A stretch of DNA of 56,460 nt. It comes from an uncultured virus (IMG/VR IMGVR_UViG_2061766007_000806). Taxonomy: Duplodnaviria; Heunggongvirae; Uroviricota; Caudoviricetes. The position numbers were made by a program, and so were the translations under genes. Below, piece by piece: positions 20,437-29,196 of the stretch. Numbering within the stretch: the stretch's first letter is position 1; each line of letters begins with the position of its first letter. The stretch lies in the IMG/VR virus record IMGVR_UViG_2061766007_000806, one strand, 5' to 3'. The notes below the pieces were generated by a model. That model made no database searches, was not told the origin of the DNA, and saw only the letters and a list, made by a program, of their open reading frames with translations.

Positions 20437-20889
20437 TTATTTATTTTTCTTACGGAGTGCGAGACCTTCCATAGCCCAAGTCTTTTCGTCGCCTTCAGGA
20501 AGTCTAGCAACCTCTTTTTCAAACACAGCAATATTCGCTGTGGGAATCTTGGAATAGTAAGCTAAGACCTGTTGACGTCTCTTTGCTCTCTTGAGCTGTC
20601 TAAGAACTACGGGATTGTTAGACATCTGTTCCTCGTACTTATCTAACAGCTCAGGGCTCATGTCCTTGAAATACTCCCAAGCCTTCTTAGCCTGAACTTC
20701 GTCCCTAGCTTCCTTGCCGTTAGGGTTAAGCTGAGCTATCTCAGCCGTACGCTTAGCAATCTGACGCTCCTTGGTGTCCTCGTTGTCCTTTGCTACGGTA
20801 CGATTATACGCATCCTGTTGACTCTCTCCATCATAGATGGGAACGTGCTTGCCGTTAATCGTAATCCACTGCTTAACTTCCTTTGCCAT
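20437..20889 (-). CDS. Protein with WITINGKHVP N-terminal module
   Basis: First ~55 aa homologous to 23738-24196; unrelated helical C-terminus. Confidence 0.7.
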   Translation of the reverse strand: MAKEVKQWITINGKHVPIYDGESQQDAYNRTVAKDNEDTKERQIAKRTAEIAQLNPNGKEARDEVQAKKAWEYFKDMSPELLDKYEEQMSNNPVVLRQLKRAKRRQQVLAYYSKIPTANIAVFEKEVARLPEGDEKTWAMEGLALRKKNK

Positions 20890-20902
20890 CTTACTTTCCT
20901 CC

Positions 20903-21605
20903 CTATACTATATCTACTGTGAGAACAGGAACACCGTTCCTGTCTATAGTCACAGCGACTATCTTATATGTAAGCCCACGGGCTAATGTTACCTCATGCT
21001 CTGTATTATCTGTAAGCATTGCTCTCGTGCCGATAGGTACTCTGATTATCATAAACACGGGGCGTCCTCCGAAAAAGTTATACTCAGTATTCTTTTGTTT
21101 GTTCGGCTTATATGATGTGCTGACAAATCCTAAATCCGTGAATGTCTTGCCGACTAATTCCAATGGATTGGCTGAATCNNNNNNNNNNGGCGTATAACAG
21201 CCTCTCCTTGAGCGCATCTGCATCAAGGATTACAGGATTGTCATCATTCTGATAATATCCCTTTGCATCTCTAGTAAAGGTACTCTTACCACTTGCTGGA
21301 CCACCACCTGTGAACNNNNNNNNNNAGTACTCATCATTAACCTCCCTGTCCAAAGCAACGGGATATTTGGTCTGTTCCATCTTGCCGTCCATTCGGTTGA
21401 TGACTTGCTGCTCTGCATTGAACAGTGGCTCATGCTTCCTGAGCTTCTGATTGATAATCACGCCCTCAAGTGTGCCATGGTATCCTTTGACCGTTCCTGA
21501 TTTGGTCAAGCCTCCGGGCATCTCTTCAAATGCACCTCTGTTGGACGTATATACCATATAGAAATTACGGGAATCCCTGTCTAACATAGAATCGCTGAAG
21601 TCCAT
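20903..21605 (-). CDS. VIP2/C3-like (R-S-E) ADP-ribosyltransferase, interrupted by a misplaced contig
   Basis: INQKLR...ALDR (21326-21605) plus FTDLGFVSTS...TEHEVTLARG (20903-21178). Confidence 0.75.
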
Positions 21606-21606
21606 C

Positions 21607-21792
21607 TTAGTCCTCCTTCTTTTCCTCTATCTCCTCAGGTTCATCGCCACCGACCTTATATTCTATCTCGGCGCCACAGTTGGTACAGTGACAGATGTGC
21701 ACGACACCTGAACCCTCGTATCCCATGTCGCTGAAATCGAAATCCGAGTCCCAAATAACAGCTCGTTGTAGACAATGAAAACATTCGTACAT
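21607..21792 (-). CDS. Small zinc-ribbon protein
   Basis: MYECFHC...CHCTNCGAEIEY; AGGAAAGG RBS. Confidence 0.65.
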   Translation of the reverse strand: MYECFHCLQRAVIWDSDFDFSDMGYEGSGVVHICHCTNCGAEIEYKVGGDEPEEIEEKKED

Positions 21793-21793
21793 G

Positions 21794-23128
21794 CTAATTT
21801 CCTTTCCTAGCCCAATACTTCTGAAGGCTATATCTGACAGCATCTATGCTGTGGTTGTTCTTATCAGGGTATGCTGATATGAAGTTGCCGTCTTTATCCT
21901 GTTCATACTCGTATGTGCTAAACTCGAAATATGTCTTGGGACAACGCTTTTGGTCTATATAGATATGGTTCAAGCCCTGAAGCCATTTGATGCCGTATCT
22001 TACGCTCTCTGGACCTTTTTCAGCAGCACGGATGAATGCGCCATATGCTTTAAAGTCGGCTACTGATTTCTCCTCAGCGCTATCGGCGATAACAGGCTCT
22101 TCCCTGTCAACGAGCTTAAGCTCATCGTATAGCTCGTGGAATACTGTCTCGTTCCTCTTCTTAAGCGTATCATACTCAGCAAACAGATACAAGTCCAAAT
22201 GTTTCGGGTCGAAATGTCCTCTGACAAATCGGAACGGGTCTCGGGCAAAGCCCCAATCGATTCCGTTATAGATATTGTCGAATGTACGCCACTTCTCTAT
22301 CTGTCCATGAGGCGAATCTACTAATATGCTCATGTCCATAGGAACACAGTTCGGGAATACGTCTCCACCTGTACCGATTGCAATACCTAAATACTCATGG
22401 ATATACGCTCTCGGGTTCTTGGTCTTAAGCTCCATTGCTTCTTCTATGAACTGAGTGCCTAGCCAATCCAACGGAACATCAAGGAATGAGTTCCTTGTTA
22501 CAAGTGTGCTTCCTTCGCCGTTCTCAAGCTCTGCTACCCTCGCATACTCGTTAGCCCAATTCAGCTTGCTGATAGGAGGGTTGAAAGTCCTGAAGTCCCA
22601 AAACAAATCGCCACCACGCATTGTAGACTGTAATACCTTACGTATCTCGTTCTCGCCTGAGAATTGGTCTAGCTCCTCCCACCATGTTATGCCTATATAG
22701 CCGAAAGGTAGCTTGACCGATTTTACCTTATTCGGGTCGTCCATACCCATGAACAGTATCCTCTGTCCCGTAGGCAAATATACTATCGGTGTCGAGTATG
22801 TCTTGGGTATGTGGAACAGGTGCTCTAGCCCTAGCTTATAAATGCCCCAAACCACCTGAGCGTATATGCTGTTCTGTATCGTATTACCGACCTTACGGAA
22901 GCACAGCGCATGTACGCCGGGATGCGAGATTATCAGCAATGGGATACAGATGCCACCGTAGAATGAGGACTTTGTAGAACCTCTACCACCTGCTCCCACG
23001 TAATGGGTATGCCTGTGTGCTAGCACATCTTCCAAAATGTCGTCGTACATCGGGATAATACAGTCTCGGAGTGGGATACTCAGGGCTGATAAATCATTAA
23101 TCGGTGCTAGTATTTCCTTCGTAGCCAT
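21794..23128 (-). CDS. terL: Terminase large subunit (PBSX-like)
   Basis: GGRGSTKSSF Walker A, WWEE, TFNPP, GIDWG, DSAE, NHSIDAVRY. Confidence 0.95.
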   Translation of the reverse strand: MATKEILAPINDLSALSIPLRDCIIPMYDDILEDVLAHRHTHYVGAGGRGSTKSSFYGGICIPLLIISHPGVHALCFRKVGNTIQNSIYAQVVWGIYKLGLEHLFHIPKTYSTPIVYLPTGQRILFMGMDDPNKVKSVKLPFGYIGITWWEELDQFSGENEIRKVLQSTMRGGDLFWDFRTFNPPISKLNWANEYARVAELENGEGSTLVTRNSFLDVPLDWLGTQFIEEAMELKTKNPRAYIHEYLGIAIGTGGDVFPNCVPMDMSILVDSPHGQIEKWRTFDNIYNGIDWGFARDPFRFVRGHFDPKHLDLYLFAEYDTLKKRNETVFHELYDELKLVDREEPVIADSAEEKSVADFKAYGAFIRAAEKGPESVRYGIKWLQGLNHIYIDQKRCPKTYFEFSTYEYEQDKDGNFISAYPDKNNHSIDAVRYSLQKYWARKGN

Positions 23129-23714
23129 TTATCTCTTCCTCTGTCATGTCTCCACCCATAAGCTCCCTGACTGTCTTGGGGGCTACTTCGGCTGTTGCTC
23201 CACGTCCCCAATCAAGCGCAATCCTGATAGTGGGCTGTTCGTTATTGGCTAGCTTCTGAGGTATGTCTATCTGTCTCTTGGCTAGCTCTACTGCAGCTCT
23301 CGTTCTCTCTGACAACGGGGCTTCAAGTCCGAATTGGTCTTTTACCTCTCCACGCATTACGGAACTGAAAAAATTCATTATCTCCGTAGCCGATGCAATG
23401 CTCTCAGCCCTTGATTGTTCAAGCCTGTGATTGATTTCAGAAGTTATATAGTTTTTGTTTAACAACTCTTGCGCTTTCTGTGCTGCTGTTTTAGGGTTCT
23501 GTTCGGGGTATGCTGTGAGTGCTGATTGTCTTCCATTACCTGTTACACAATATTCATCTATGAACTTTGCTTCTTGTGGTGTTAGGGTATGTCCTTCCCA
23601 TGTACTGAAGGATTCTCTTTTTGCTTTTTTAGCTGTTCGAGTATTGGTAGTCTTTTTCTTTGTTACGGGTTCTTTATTCCCCGCGGGTTCTTTTTTCTTC
23701 TTTGTGGTTGGCAT
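23097..23714 (-). CDS. terS: Terminase small subunit
   Basis: LTPQEAKFIDEY..TGNGRQSALTAY...ELL...IA...E...SSVMRGE. Confidence 0.9.
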   Translation of the reverse strand: MPTTKKKKEPAGNKEPVTKKKTTNTRTAKKAKRESFSTWEGHTLTPQEAKFIDEYCVTGNGRQSALTAYPEQNPKTAAQKAQELLNKNYITSEINHRLEQSRAESIASATEIMNFFSSVMRGEVKDQFGLEAPLSERTRAAVELAKRQIDIPQKLANNEQPTIRIALDWGRGATAEVAPKTVRELMGGDMTEEEINGYEGNTSTD

Positions 23715-23737
23715 ACTCTCTACTCTCCTTTGCTTAC

Positions 23738-24196
23738 TTACCTGTCTCTCAGCTTCTTCAGCAAGCCTGCTGTTGCTTCTACGTTATTGTCATTGAGCTT
23801 GAGCTTTATATCGGCGTTATTGCTGATATATCTTCCACTCAATCCGAATGTCCCGTCAACACCTTCGCCGTCAAAGAAGTTGTAGGTCGCTCTTCCCTGT
23901 ACGTCGCCTTTGCCTGTATAGATTGCCTGTTTATAATCAAGGTCTTTTGCAAGCTTCAGCTTTACGGGTGTGCCTACGTTCATCGCTTCCAAGTTCGCTA
24001 TAGCGTCCTTGCCACTCGTTATGGATACCTTGCCGTTAAGCTCATCGGCTACCTGTTTATTTTTCGCTATGTCTACGGCTTTCTTATCCTCGTTATTGCT
24101 CGCTACTACCCTGTTATACGCATCCTGAGCACTCTCGCCCTCGAACAACGGAACATGCTTGCCGTTTATGGTTATCCATCCTGTCGGTTCTTTCAT
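23738..24196 (-). CDS. Protein with WITINGKHVP N-terminal module
   Basis: AAAGGAG RBS before MKEPTGWITINGKHVPLFEGES. Confidence 0.7.
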   Translation of the reverse strand: MKEPTGWITINGKHVPLFEGESAQDAYNRVVASNNEDKKAVDIAKNKQVADELNGKVSITSGKDAIANLEAMNVGTPVKLKLAKDLDYKQAIYTGKGDVQGRATYNFFDGEGVDGTFGLSGRYISNNADIKLKLNDNNVEATAGLLKKLRDR

Positions 24197-24504
24197 ATTG
24201 CTCCTTTCGCCTCGCCCCCACAATTTGTAGAGGTTGGTGCGTGTAAAAAAATCAGCGTCCCCGTCTACCCGTTTTTCCCGAAATGCCTTGTTCTCAGGTG
24301 GGGTGGGGGTACTTTCTACGTGTCTCTCGAAAATCAAATCTGTGTTACCACCCACCGAGCCGAACCACCCTCCCCTGTCCCCTTGGGGGCTAAAGTGTTT
24401 GACCTCAGGGGCTTTGATAATCGGGCTTCTTGTCAGGTGGGGGTTAATGTCTTTTCTAGGTGTGGGGGTCTAGCCTACTTAACGCAAATTAGCCAAAAGG
24501 CTTT

Positions 24505-24660
24505 TTATGCCCTTTGGCTATTAGGTTTCTTCTTGGTCTTTACTGTTTTGCTTGCTGTCGGATATGGGTCTCTGTCTGTTATGCCTTGTGGCTTATCTCC
24601 CCGTGCCTTAGCTTTGGCTAAATCCTTATTTGCTCTCTTGAGGATGTCGTTCTTATCCAT
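24505..24660 (-). CDS. Small Lys-rich protein after metallopeptidase
   Basis: GGAGG RBS; MDKNDILKRANK...KTKKKPNSQRA. Confidence 0.6.
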   Translation of the reverse strand: MDKNDILKRANKDLAKAKARGDKPQGITDRDPYPTASKTVKTKKKPNSQRA

Positions 24661-24677
24661 GCGTTTTCTGCCCTCCG

Positions 24678-25439
24678 TTATTTTAGCATCTCTTTGATGC
24701 CGTTCCAAATCTTGATTGACATTGGTTTTGCATTTTGCCCGTTTCTTCCGTAGTCGGCTACGGCTTCAGCTAAGCATTCTGTGTAAGCAACTGTGCCTTG
24801 CCAAAGCGAATCAGCGTACCCTGAGATTGACCTTCGTGCTTGCTTCTCCGTGCTGAAGAGACTCGGCTGTTCCTTCTTAAGCTCGCTGTAAGCCTGTTGG
24901 ACGATTGCCTTGGAGTAAGTCTGATTGTGGTCGGCTAACACTAGGTTAAGTCGGTTATTGCCGTTAATGCGTCGGTTAATCAGGAACTCTAAATTGTGCC
25001 CTACTTCGTGCACGAGCACATCGCCTGCCTTGCATCCTGTCGGGTGGAATCCTGAATGCACGTCTGTGTGCATCTGTGCCTTTACCGTATCATAGCTGTT
25101 GAACTTATTAGGATTTACAGCAATGCTGTGTGCTTGTAGAGCTGTCTGTGCATAAGCCCTAGTCGCTTTCTGTCCCATAAACTGTGACTGAGACGACACG
25201 ATACGTATTCCCATCTCATCAAACACGTCTTTGCCTAGCTCGTTTACTAATCTAGCTAACGGCTCTGCTGACCTTGCTAATATCTTCGGGTCTAGATTGT
25301 CCCTATAATAGCTTCCTCCGACGTCCATGCCTAAGTTGTTCTTGTAATACGCCTGAACGGTTGCTTGGTCGGCATCGTCAGCTAATCGGTTGGATTGTAC
25401 TTGTGCTTTCTCCTGTGCGCCTGTTCCTGTTGCTCCCAT
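24678..25439 (-). CDS. HEXXH zincin metallopeptidase effector
   Basis: GFHP...HEVGH...ISGYA...ECLAEA; paralogue of 14793-15510; starts MGATG. Confidence 0.75.
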   Translation of the reverse strand: MGATGTGAQEKAQVQSNRLADDADQATVQAYYKNNLGMDVGGSYYRDNLDPKILARSAEPLARLVNELGKDVFDEMGIRIVSSQSQFMGQKATRAYAQTALQAHSIAVNPNKFNSYDTVKAQMHTDVHSGFHPTGCKAGDVLVHEVGHNLEFLINRRINGNNRLNLVLADHNQTYSKAIVQQAYSELKKEQPSLFSTEKQARRSISGYADSLWQGTVAYTECLAEAVADYGRNGQNAKPMSIKIWNGIKEMLK

Positions 25440-25450
25440 AAGCTCGCTCC

Positions 25451-25612
25451 TTAGTGAATCTTGGGTTTCTTGCTTCCTGTCTTGCTAGGATTTGCCTTGT
25501 TCTGCTTATGAACGTCTTTGAATCCCTTAGGAACAAAATTGCTGTTGAAGTCGCCGAAAATCTTATCGGCATCTCCCTTATTAAGTTTAACTTCTTTATT
25601 CTTGGTTGCCAT
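25451..25612 (-). CDS. Small Lys-rich protein
   Basis: Manual translation MATKNKEVKLNKGDADKIFGDFNSNFVPKGFKD...GSKKPKIH*; AAGGAG RBS. Confidence 0.65.
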   Translation of the reverse strand: MATKNKEVKLNKGDADKIFGDFNSNFVPKGFKDVHKQNKANPSKTGSKKPKIH

Positions 25613-25624
25613 GTTTGCTCTCCT

Positions 25625-26515
25625 TTATTCTTTGTAAATCAATACACGTCTGTCGATTACGTTGTAATAATCGCCTGTTGCGTATCCTCTGTTAGATGTT
25701 CTGATATAATTACCTGAAGCATCGGGATTATGGTCGGTGATTACGTTATAGCCCATTGCAAGTGCATAGATACTAGCGTTGCCACCCTGATTGCTACTGT
25801 ATTTACCAACGGCATTAGCAAACTTAGGATGTGTCTGAGCAAAACGTAAGGCTCTCCTTGATAACGTAGCTTCGTCGATTATCCTAGCCTTGCTTGTGTC
25901 GATAACGGCTACGGCTGTGGTACTTCCGTATCCTGTATTTGAACCACCCGTCATTGCGAAATATGCGCCAGCGCCGTATGCCTGTCCACCTTGCTTACCT
26001 CCGATGTATGTAAGCTTACTGTGCTTAAGCATATCCTGAACTTGCTGAGCTGTGTATCTTACAGTATAACCTTGCTGATTCTGATAAGTTGCTCCGTTTA
26101 CGGCTCGTGCTATGATTGTATTTTGGTCGATATTGTTATCTTTCAAATACTGATTGAAATCACTTGCGCTCAAAACAGTAGGCTTCTCATTTATACCTGC
26201 TTGGAAAACGAACTTTTGTGTAGCATCATCTCTGTCAGCTAAGAAGTTAGGCATCTTTGCTTTCTTGGAAGCAAGTACTAACGCTGCAAGCTCATCGTCG
26301 CTCATCTGTGCCACCTTCTCAGCAGCGCTTTGAGTCACGGGCGTATTTTGGTCATTAGGCGTCTGTGACTCAACTTCGGGATTATCTTCATTTACGGGTT
26401 GGATTGTTACTGTCGGTGTCAGCGACGGAGGAGTTTGTGCTGTCGGGTTTGTAGCCACAACGCCACCACCTCCACCAAGGAATCCTGTGCCTGTTGCTGT
26501 TCCTCTACTTCCCAT
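25625..26515 (-). CDS. Putative ADP-ribosyltransferase-fold effector
   Basis: Starts MGSRG; IARAV...GGQAYGAGAYFA...YG...ALAMGYNVI...YYNVIDR resembles phage ART-like toxin domains. Confidence 0.5.
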   Translation of the reverse strand: MGSRGTATGTGFLGGGGGVVATNPTAQTPPSLTPTVTIQPVNEDNPEVESQTPNDQNTPVTQSAAEKVAQMSDDELAALVLASKKAKMPNFLADRDDATQKFVFQAGINEKPTVLSASDFNQYLKDNNIDQNTIIARAVNGATYQNQQGYTVRYTAQQVQDMLKHSKLTYIGGKQGGQAYGAGAYFAMTGGSNTGYGSTTAVAVIDTSKARIIDEATLSRRALRFAQTHPKFANAVGKYSSNQGGNASIYALAMGYNVITDHNPDASGNYIRTSNRGYATGDYYNVIDRRVLIYKE

Positions 26516-26519
26516 GGTC

Positions 26520-26669
26520 TCACTTTCCTTTCTTGGGTGAATAAGGCTTTGAAGCGGGTGCGATACAATCTCCACCTCTGTCCCATCTACTCATTTTGTC
26601 CTCGCCTGACTTAACGTAGTTAGGCTTCTTGCTCTTCTTAGGGTCTACGCTCTGATTTCCTTTTGCCAT
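26520..26669 (-). CDS. Small Lys-rich protein
   Basis: Manual translation MAKGNQSVDPKKSKKPNY...PYSPKKGK*; AGGTG RBS. Confidence 0.65.
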   Translation of the reverse strand: MAKGNQSVDPKKSKKPNYVKSGEDKMSRWDRGGDCIAPASKPYSPKKGK

Positions 26670-26687
26670 GTCTGTCACCTACCTCTC

Positions 26688-27530
26688 TCAATACATCTCT
26701 ACGATAAATTCTATTTGCTTATAGCTGTTTGCACCTGAACGTCCGTTCTTACCTGTAAACTTAACGTCGGTAATTCTATAATGCTGATTGGGCGCAAGTA
26801 CCATCTCACCAAGTGCACCTCCCGGACCGTTACCGGGCATCAATCCCTGAGCATTTGCGGGTGCGTTTACTGTAATCTTAACAGCTTTGTCCGTAAACGG
26901 GTTATTTGCCGGAGCATGTGAGAAATGATTTGCTGATGTTGATACAAAACCTTTTTCATCGTAAGTCACGCCTGTAAACGCTTTCTTCAATGCTGCTTCG
27001 CTCATGTTACCAAAATTGTTGGCTGTAATGGTCTGATTGGTAAGTCCCATTTGCTTTGCAAGCTTTCCGAATGCGTCCACATATGATATACGTCCGTAAT
27101 GTTCAAGCACCATGTTCTGTCCCAAGTTGTGCATTCCTTCCATCAACGAATCACGCATGAATGCTTCCTGAGGCGTAAGAGGCTGAACTCCACTCTCCCC
27201 CTCGTGCTTCAGCTTGTAATTCATCTCCTGTGACGGAGAATACATGCTACCTCCTGTCGGCTTATCATAAAGATAATCCTGAACAGCCACCTGAGTATCA
27301 ATATTGAAAGTCTGATTGGTGTAATAGTCTCTCAACCTTCCCTCAATATCACGATACTCACCATCGTCCGTTGCGGGGAAATTAGCATTGTTTGCACTCT
27401 GAACCTGTTGCTGTGTCGCAACTATCTGTGGAGTGTCAGTCGGCTGAATCTGTCCCTGAGCTTGTGCTGCTCCACTAGTCACGCCTGTTGCACCTCCACG
27501 GGGTGTAGCATTTGCTCCTGTGCTTCCCAT
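26688..27530 (-). CDS. VIP2-like ADP-ribosyltransferase-fold effector
   Basis: Starts MGSTG; MNYKLK...YDEKGFVSTS...GEMVLAPNQHYRI; catalytic Arg and first Glu appear substituted. Confidence 0.7.
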   Translation of the reverse strand: MGSTGANATPRGGATGVTSGAAQAQGQIQPTDTPQIVATQQQVQSANNANFPATDDGEYRDIEGRLRDYYTNQTFNIDTQVAVQDYLYDKPTGGSMYSPSQEMNYKLKHEGESGVQPLTPQEAFMRDSLMEGMHNLGQNMVLEHYGRISYVDAFGKLAKQMGLTNQTITANNFGNMSEAALKKAFTGVTYDEKGFVSTSANHFSHAPANNPFTDKAVKITVNAPANAQGLMPGNGPGGALGEMVLAPNQHYRITDVKFTGKNGRSGANSYKQIEFIVEMY

Positions 27531-27531
27531 T

Positions 27532-27849
27532 TTATTCCTCTCCTTTCGCTTTGAGTTTTGCTTTTATCTCTTCCCACATCTGATTGTCTGTGGGAACTTC
27601 CCATCCGTTAATCTCATACCAAAAGTCCCTGAGGAATAAGAGAATCTGTATCTGTGACGTTGATTTGAAAAGCTCCACCGAATGTGATTTGCCTGTATCT
27701 TCATCAACAACAGCCTGTCGGATTTGGTATGTGGTTATAGGTCTGTTCTGCTTCACTGAGTAGAACTGTGATGTCGAATACAATATCTTGTATCCTTTTT
27801 GGTTTATTGCTTGCTGTAATCTGTGAATATTGGTTGAATTACTTGCCAT
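27532..27849 (-). CDS. Hypothetical protein heading the late operon
   Basis: MASNSTNIHRLQQAIN...; abuts next gene. Confidence 0.65.
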   Translation of the reverse strand: MASNSTNIHRLQQAINQKGYKILYSTSQFYSVKQNRPITTYQIRQAVVDEDTGKSHSVELFKSTSQIQILLFLRDFWYEINGWEVPTDNQMWEEIKAKLKAKGEE

Positions 27850-27855
27850 GACTTC

Positions 27856-27884
27856 AGTATAACACAATAGTAGAATTGTGTAAA
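27856..27884 (-). promoter_or_regulatory. Promoter of effector/terminase operon
   Basis: TTTACA-17-TATACT with extended TG. Confidence 0.6.
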
Positions 27885-27893
27885 CCTCCTTTT

Positions 27894-28034
27894 TCAGAAT
27901 AACTTATGCTTTTTTGTAAGTGCCTTCTGATGTTTCTCCCAACAAACCTGACCCATGCCACGCTGTTTGTTCTCAAGCGTCTTTAAGCGCTTGCCACACC
28001 TGATACAGTACGTATATAGCTTTTCTTCGTTCAT
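27894..28034 (-). CDS. DUF6011-like small zinc finger
   Basis: CIRCGKRLK......GMGQVCWEK; ATGA overlap with holA-like stop. Confidence 0.7.
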   Translation of the reverse strand: MNEEKLYTYCIRCGKRLKTLENKQRGMGQVCWEKHQKALTKKHKLF

Positions 28035-28960
28035 GTGCTCAACAGTGATACCATCACAAACGGGACGGAGAACTCTTCCTCGATTTCCCCTGTCTTTATG
28101 CCTGTCTCGATTGCTTTGATATTTCTTAAGGCTTCCACTAGCTCGCCTGTGCGATACACTCCTACGTGATTTTTTACCAAGTTGATTTCCCATGACGTTA
28201 ATCCTGTGTTTCCTGACACGTCTTTCACTTCGCAACTTTGTACTTGTAAGAGTCTCTTCACTCCCTGATAAAGAACCAACAACAGCTTTAAAGGGGGCTC
28301 TCCTAAGTCTATACACTCTTGCCATAATCTAAACGCTGACCTTGCCTTCCCTGATAACATTGCATCAACCCAACTGAATATTGCATCTGTCGGGGGCTGA
28401 TAGATTGTCCCATCTTCGATTAAGTGTCTCAGCACGTCGCCATGGTTGCTAGCCTGTCCTGAGCATCGCTTTATCTTATCTACCTCATTGAGAATCCTTC
28501 CATAGTCGCTCTCGCAAATATGAATCAAGGTCTTACAATCTTCAGCCGATAGATTAAGCTGTTCCTGTATGTGCTTTGTTAGCACCTGTTCTGTCATGTA
28601 ATCAAATGTAAGGATACGCTCTTCAAACGTAGTATAGAACTTCAGCCTCTTATCAAGTTTGGTCACTAGATAAATCAGCGTATTATCACCAAGCATCTCT
28701 TCTATCTTGCTCCATGCCTCTTCGTTCTTTTGGAACTCGGCATCGTCTCGGCATACGTAACATATCGGATTGCTGATTAAGCCTTTGCCACGGGTCTTGA
28801 TAGCCTCAGCCACAGTATCAATGCGCTTCACTGTCTGTTTATTGGTCTCGGCTATACGGTTTATATACGCTCGCTGAACCTCAAGCTCATCGCCTGTAAA
28901 GATAAAAAATCTATCAAGCTGTCGTGCTTGTAGTTGTCGCTTCATGTCGTTGAATGTCAT
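28031..28960 (-). CDS. holA: Clamp loader delta subunit (HolA-like)
   Basis: FFIFTGDE, KLDKR, RILNEVDKI, IETGIKTG motifs. Confidence 0.8.
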   Translation of the reverse strand: MTFNDMKRQLQARQLDRFFIFTGDELEVQRAYINRIAETNKQTVKRIDTVAEAIKTRGKGLISNPICYVCRDDAEFQKNEEAWSKIEEMLGDNTLIYLVTKLDKRLKFYTTFEERILTFDYMTEQVLTKHIQEQLNLSAEDCKTLIHICESDYGRILNEVDKIKRCSGQASNHGDVLRHLIEDGTIYQPPTDAIFSWVDAMLSGKARSAFRLWQECIDLGEPPLKLLLVLYQGVKRLLQVQSCEVKDVSGNTGLTSWEINLVKNHVGVYRTGELVEALRNIKAIETGIKTGEIEEEFSVPFVMVSLLST

Positions 28961-29133
28961 GTCTCATCTTCCTCTTCATCAGATTCAACAGGCTCTCCAC
29001 AGTACGGGCAAAACTTATAATCACAATGTGTCACGCCTACGTTACCATTTGTTCGGCAATAACAAACCTTTCCACAATGTGGACACCTGAACTTCTGTGT
29101 CTTTGACCTATTATCAAACTTTATCCACTTCAT
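28957..29133 (-). CDS. Small double zinc-ribbon protein
   Basis: CPHCG...FCPYCG. Confidence 0.65.
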   Translation of the reverse strand: MKWIKFDNRSKTQKFRCPHCGKVCYCRTNGNVGVTHCDYKFCPYCGEPVESDEEEDET

Positions 29134-29156
29134 GTTGCTCTCCTTATCATGCAAAT

Positions 29157-29185
29157 ATTATAACACAGTATATAATGTTTGTCAA
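29157..29185 (-). promoter_or_regulatory. Sigma-A promoter with palindrome
   Basis: TTGACA-17-TATAAT; AACAC-N8-ATGTT at 29162-29179; spacer identical to the 20403 promoter. Confidence 0.85.
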
Positions 29186-29196
29186 GTATTTTTTTA

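Noticed and set aside
24197..24355. MGGNT N-terminal extension as another MG-tagged start
   Set aside because: GTG start without a clear RBS in the GC-run island; the strong RBS precedes ATG 24196
23660..24697. 345-aa + strand ORF and other long antisense ORFs
   Set aside because: Shadow frames of well-supported - strand genes with no recognisable motifs
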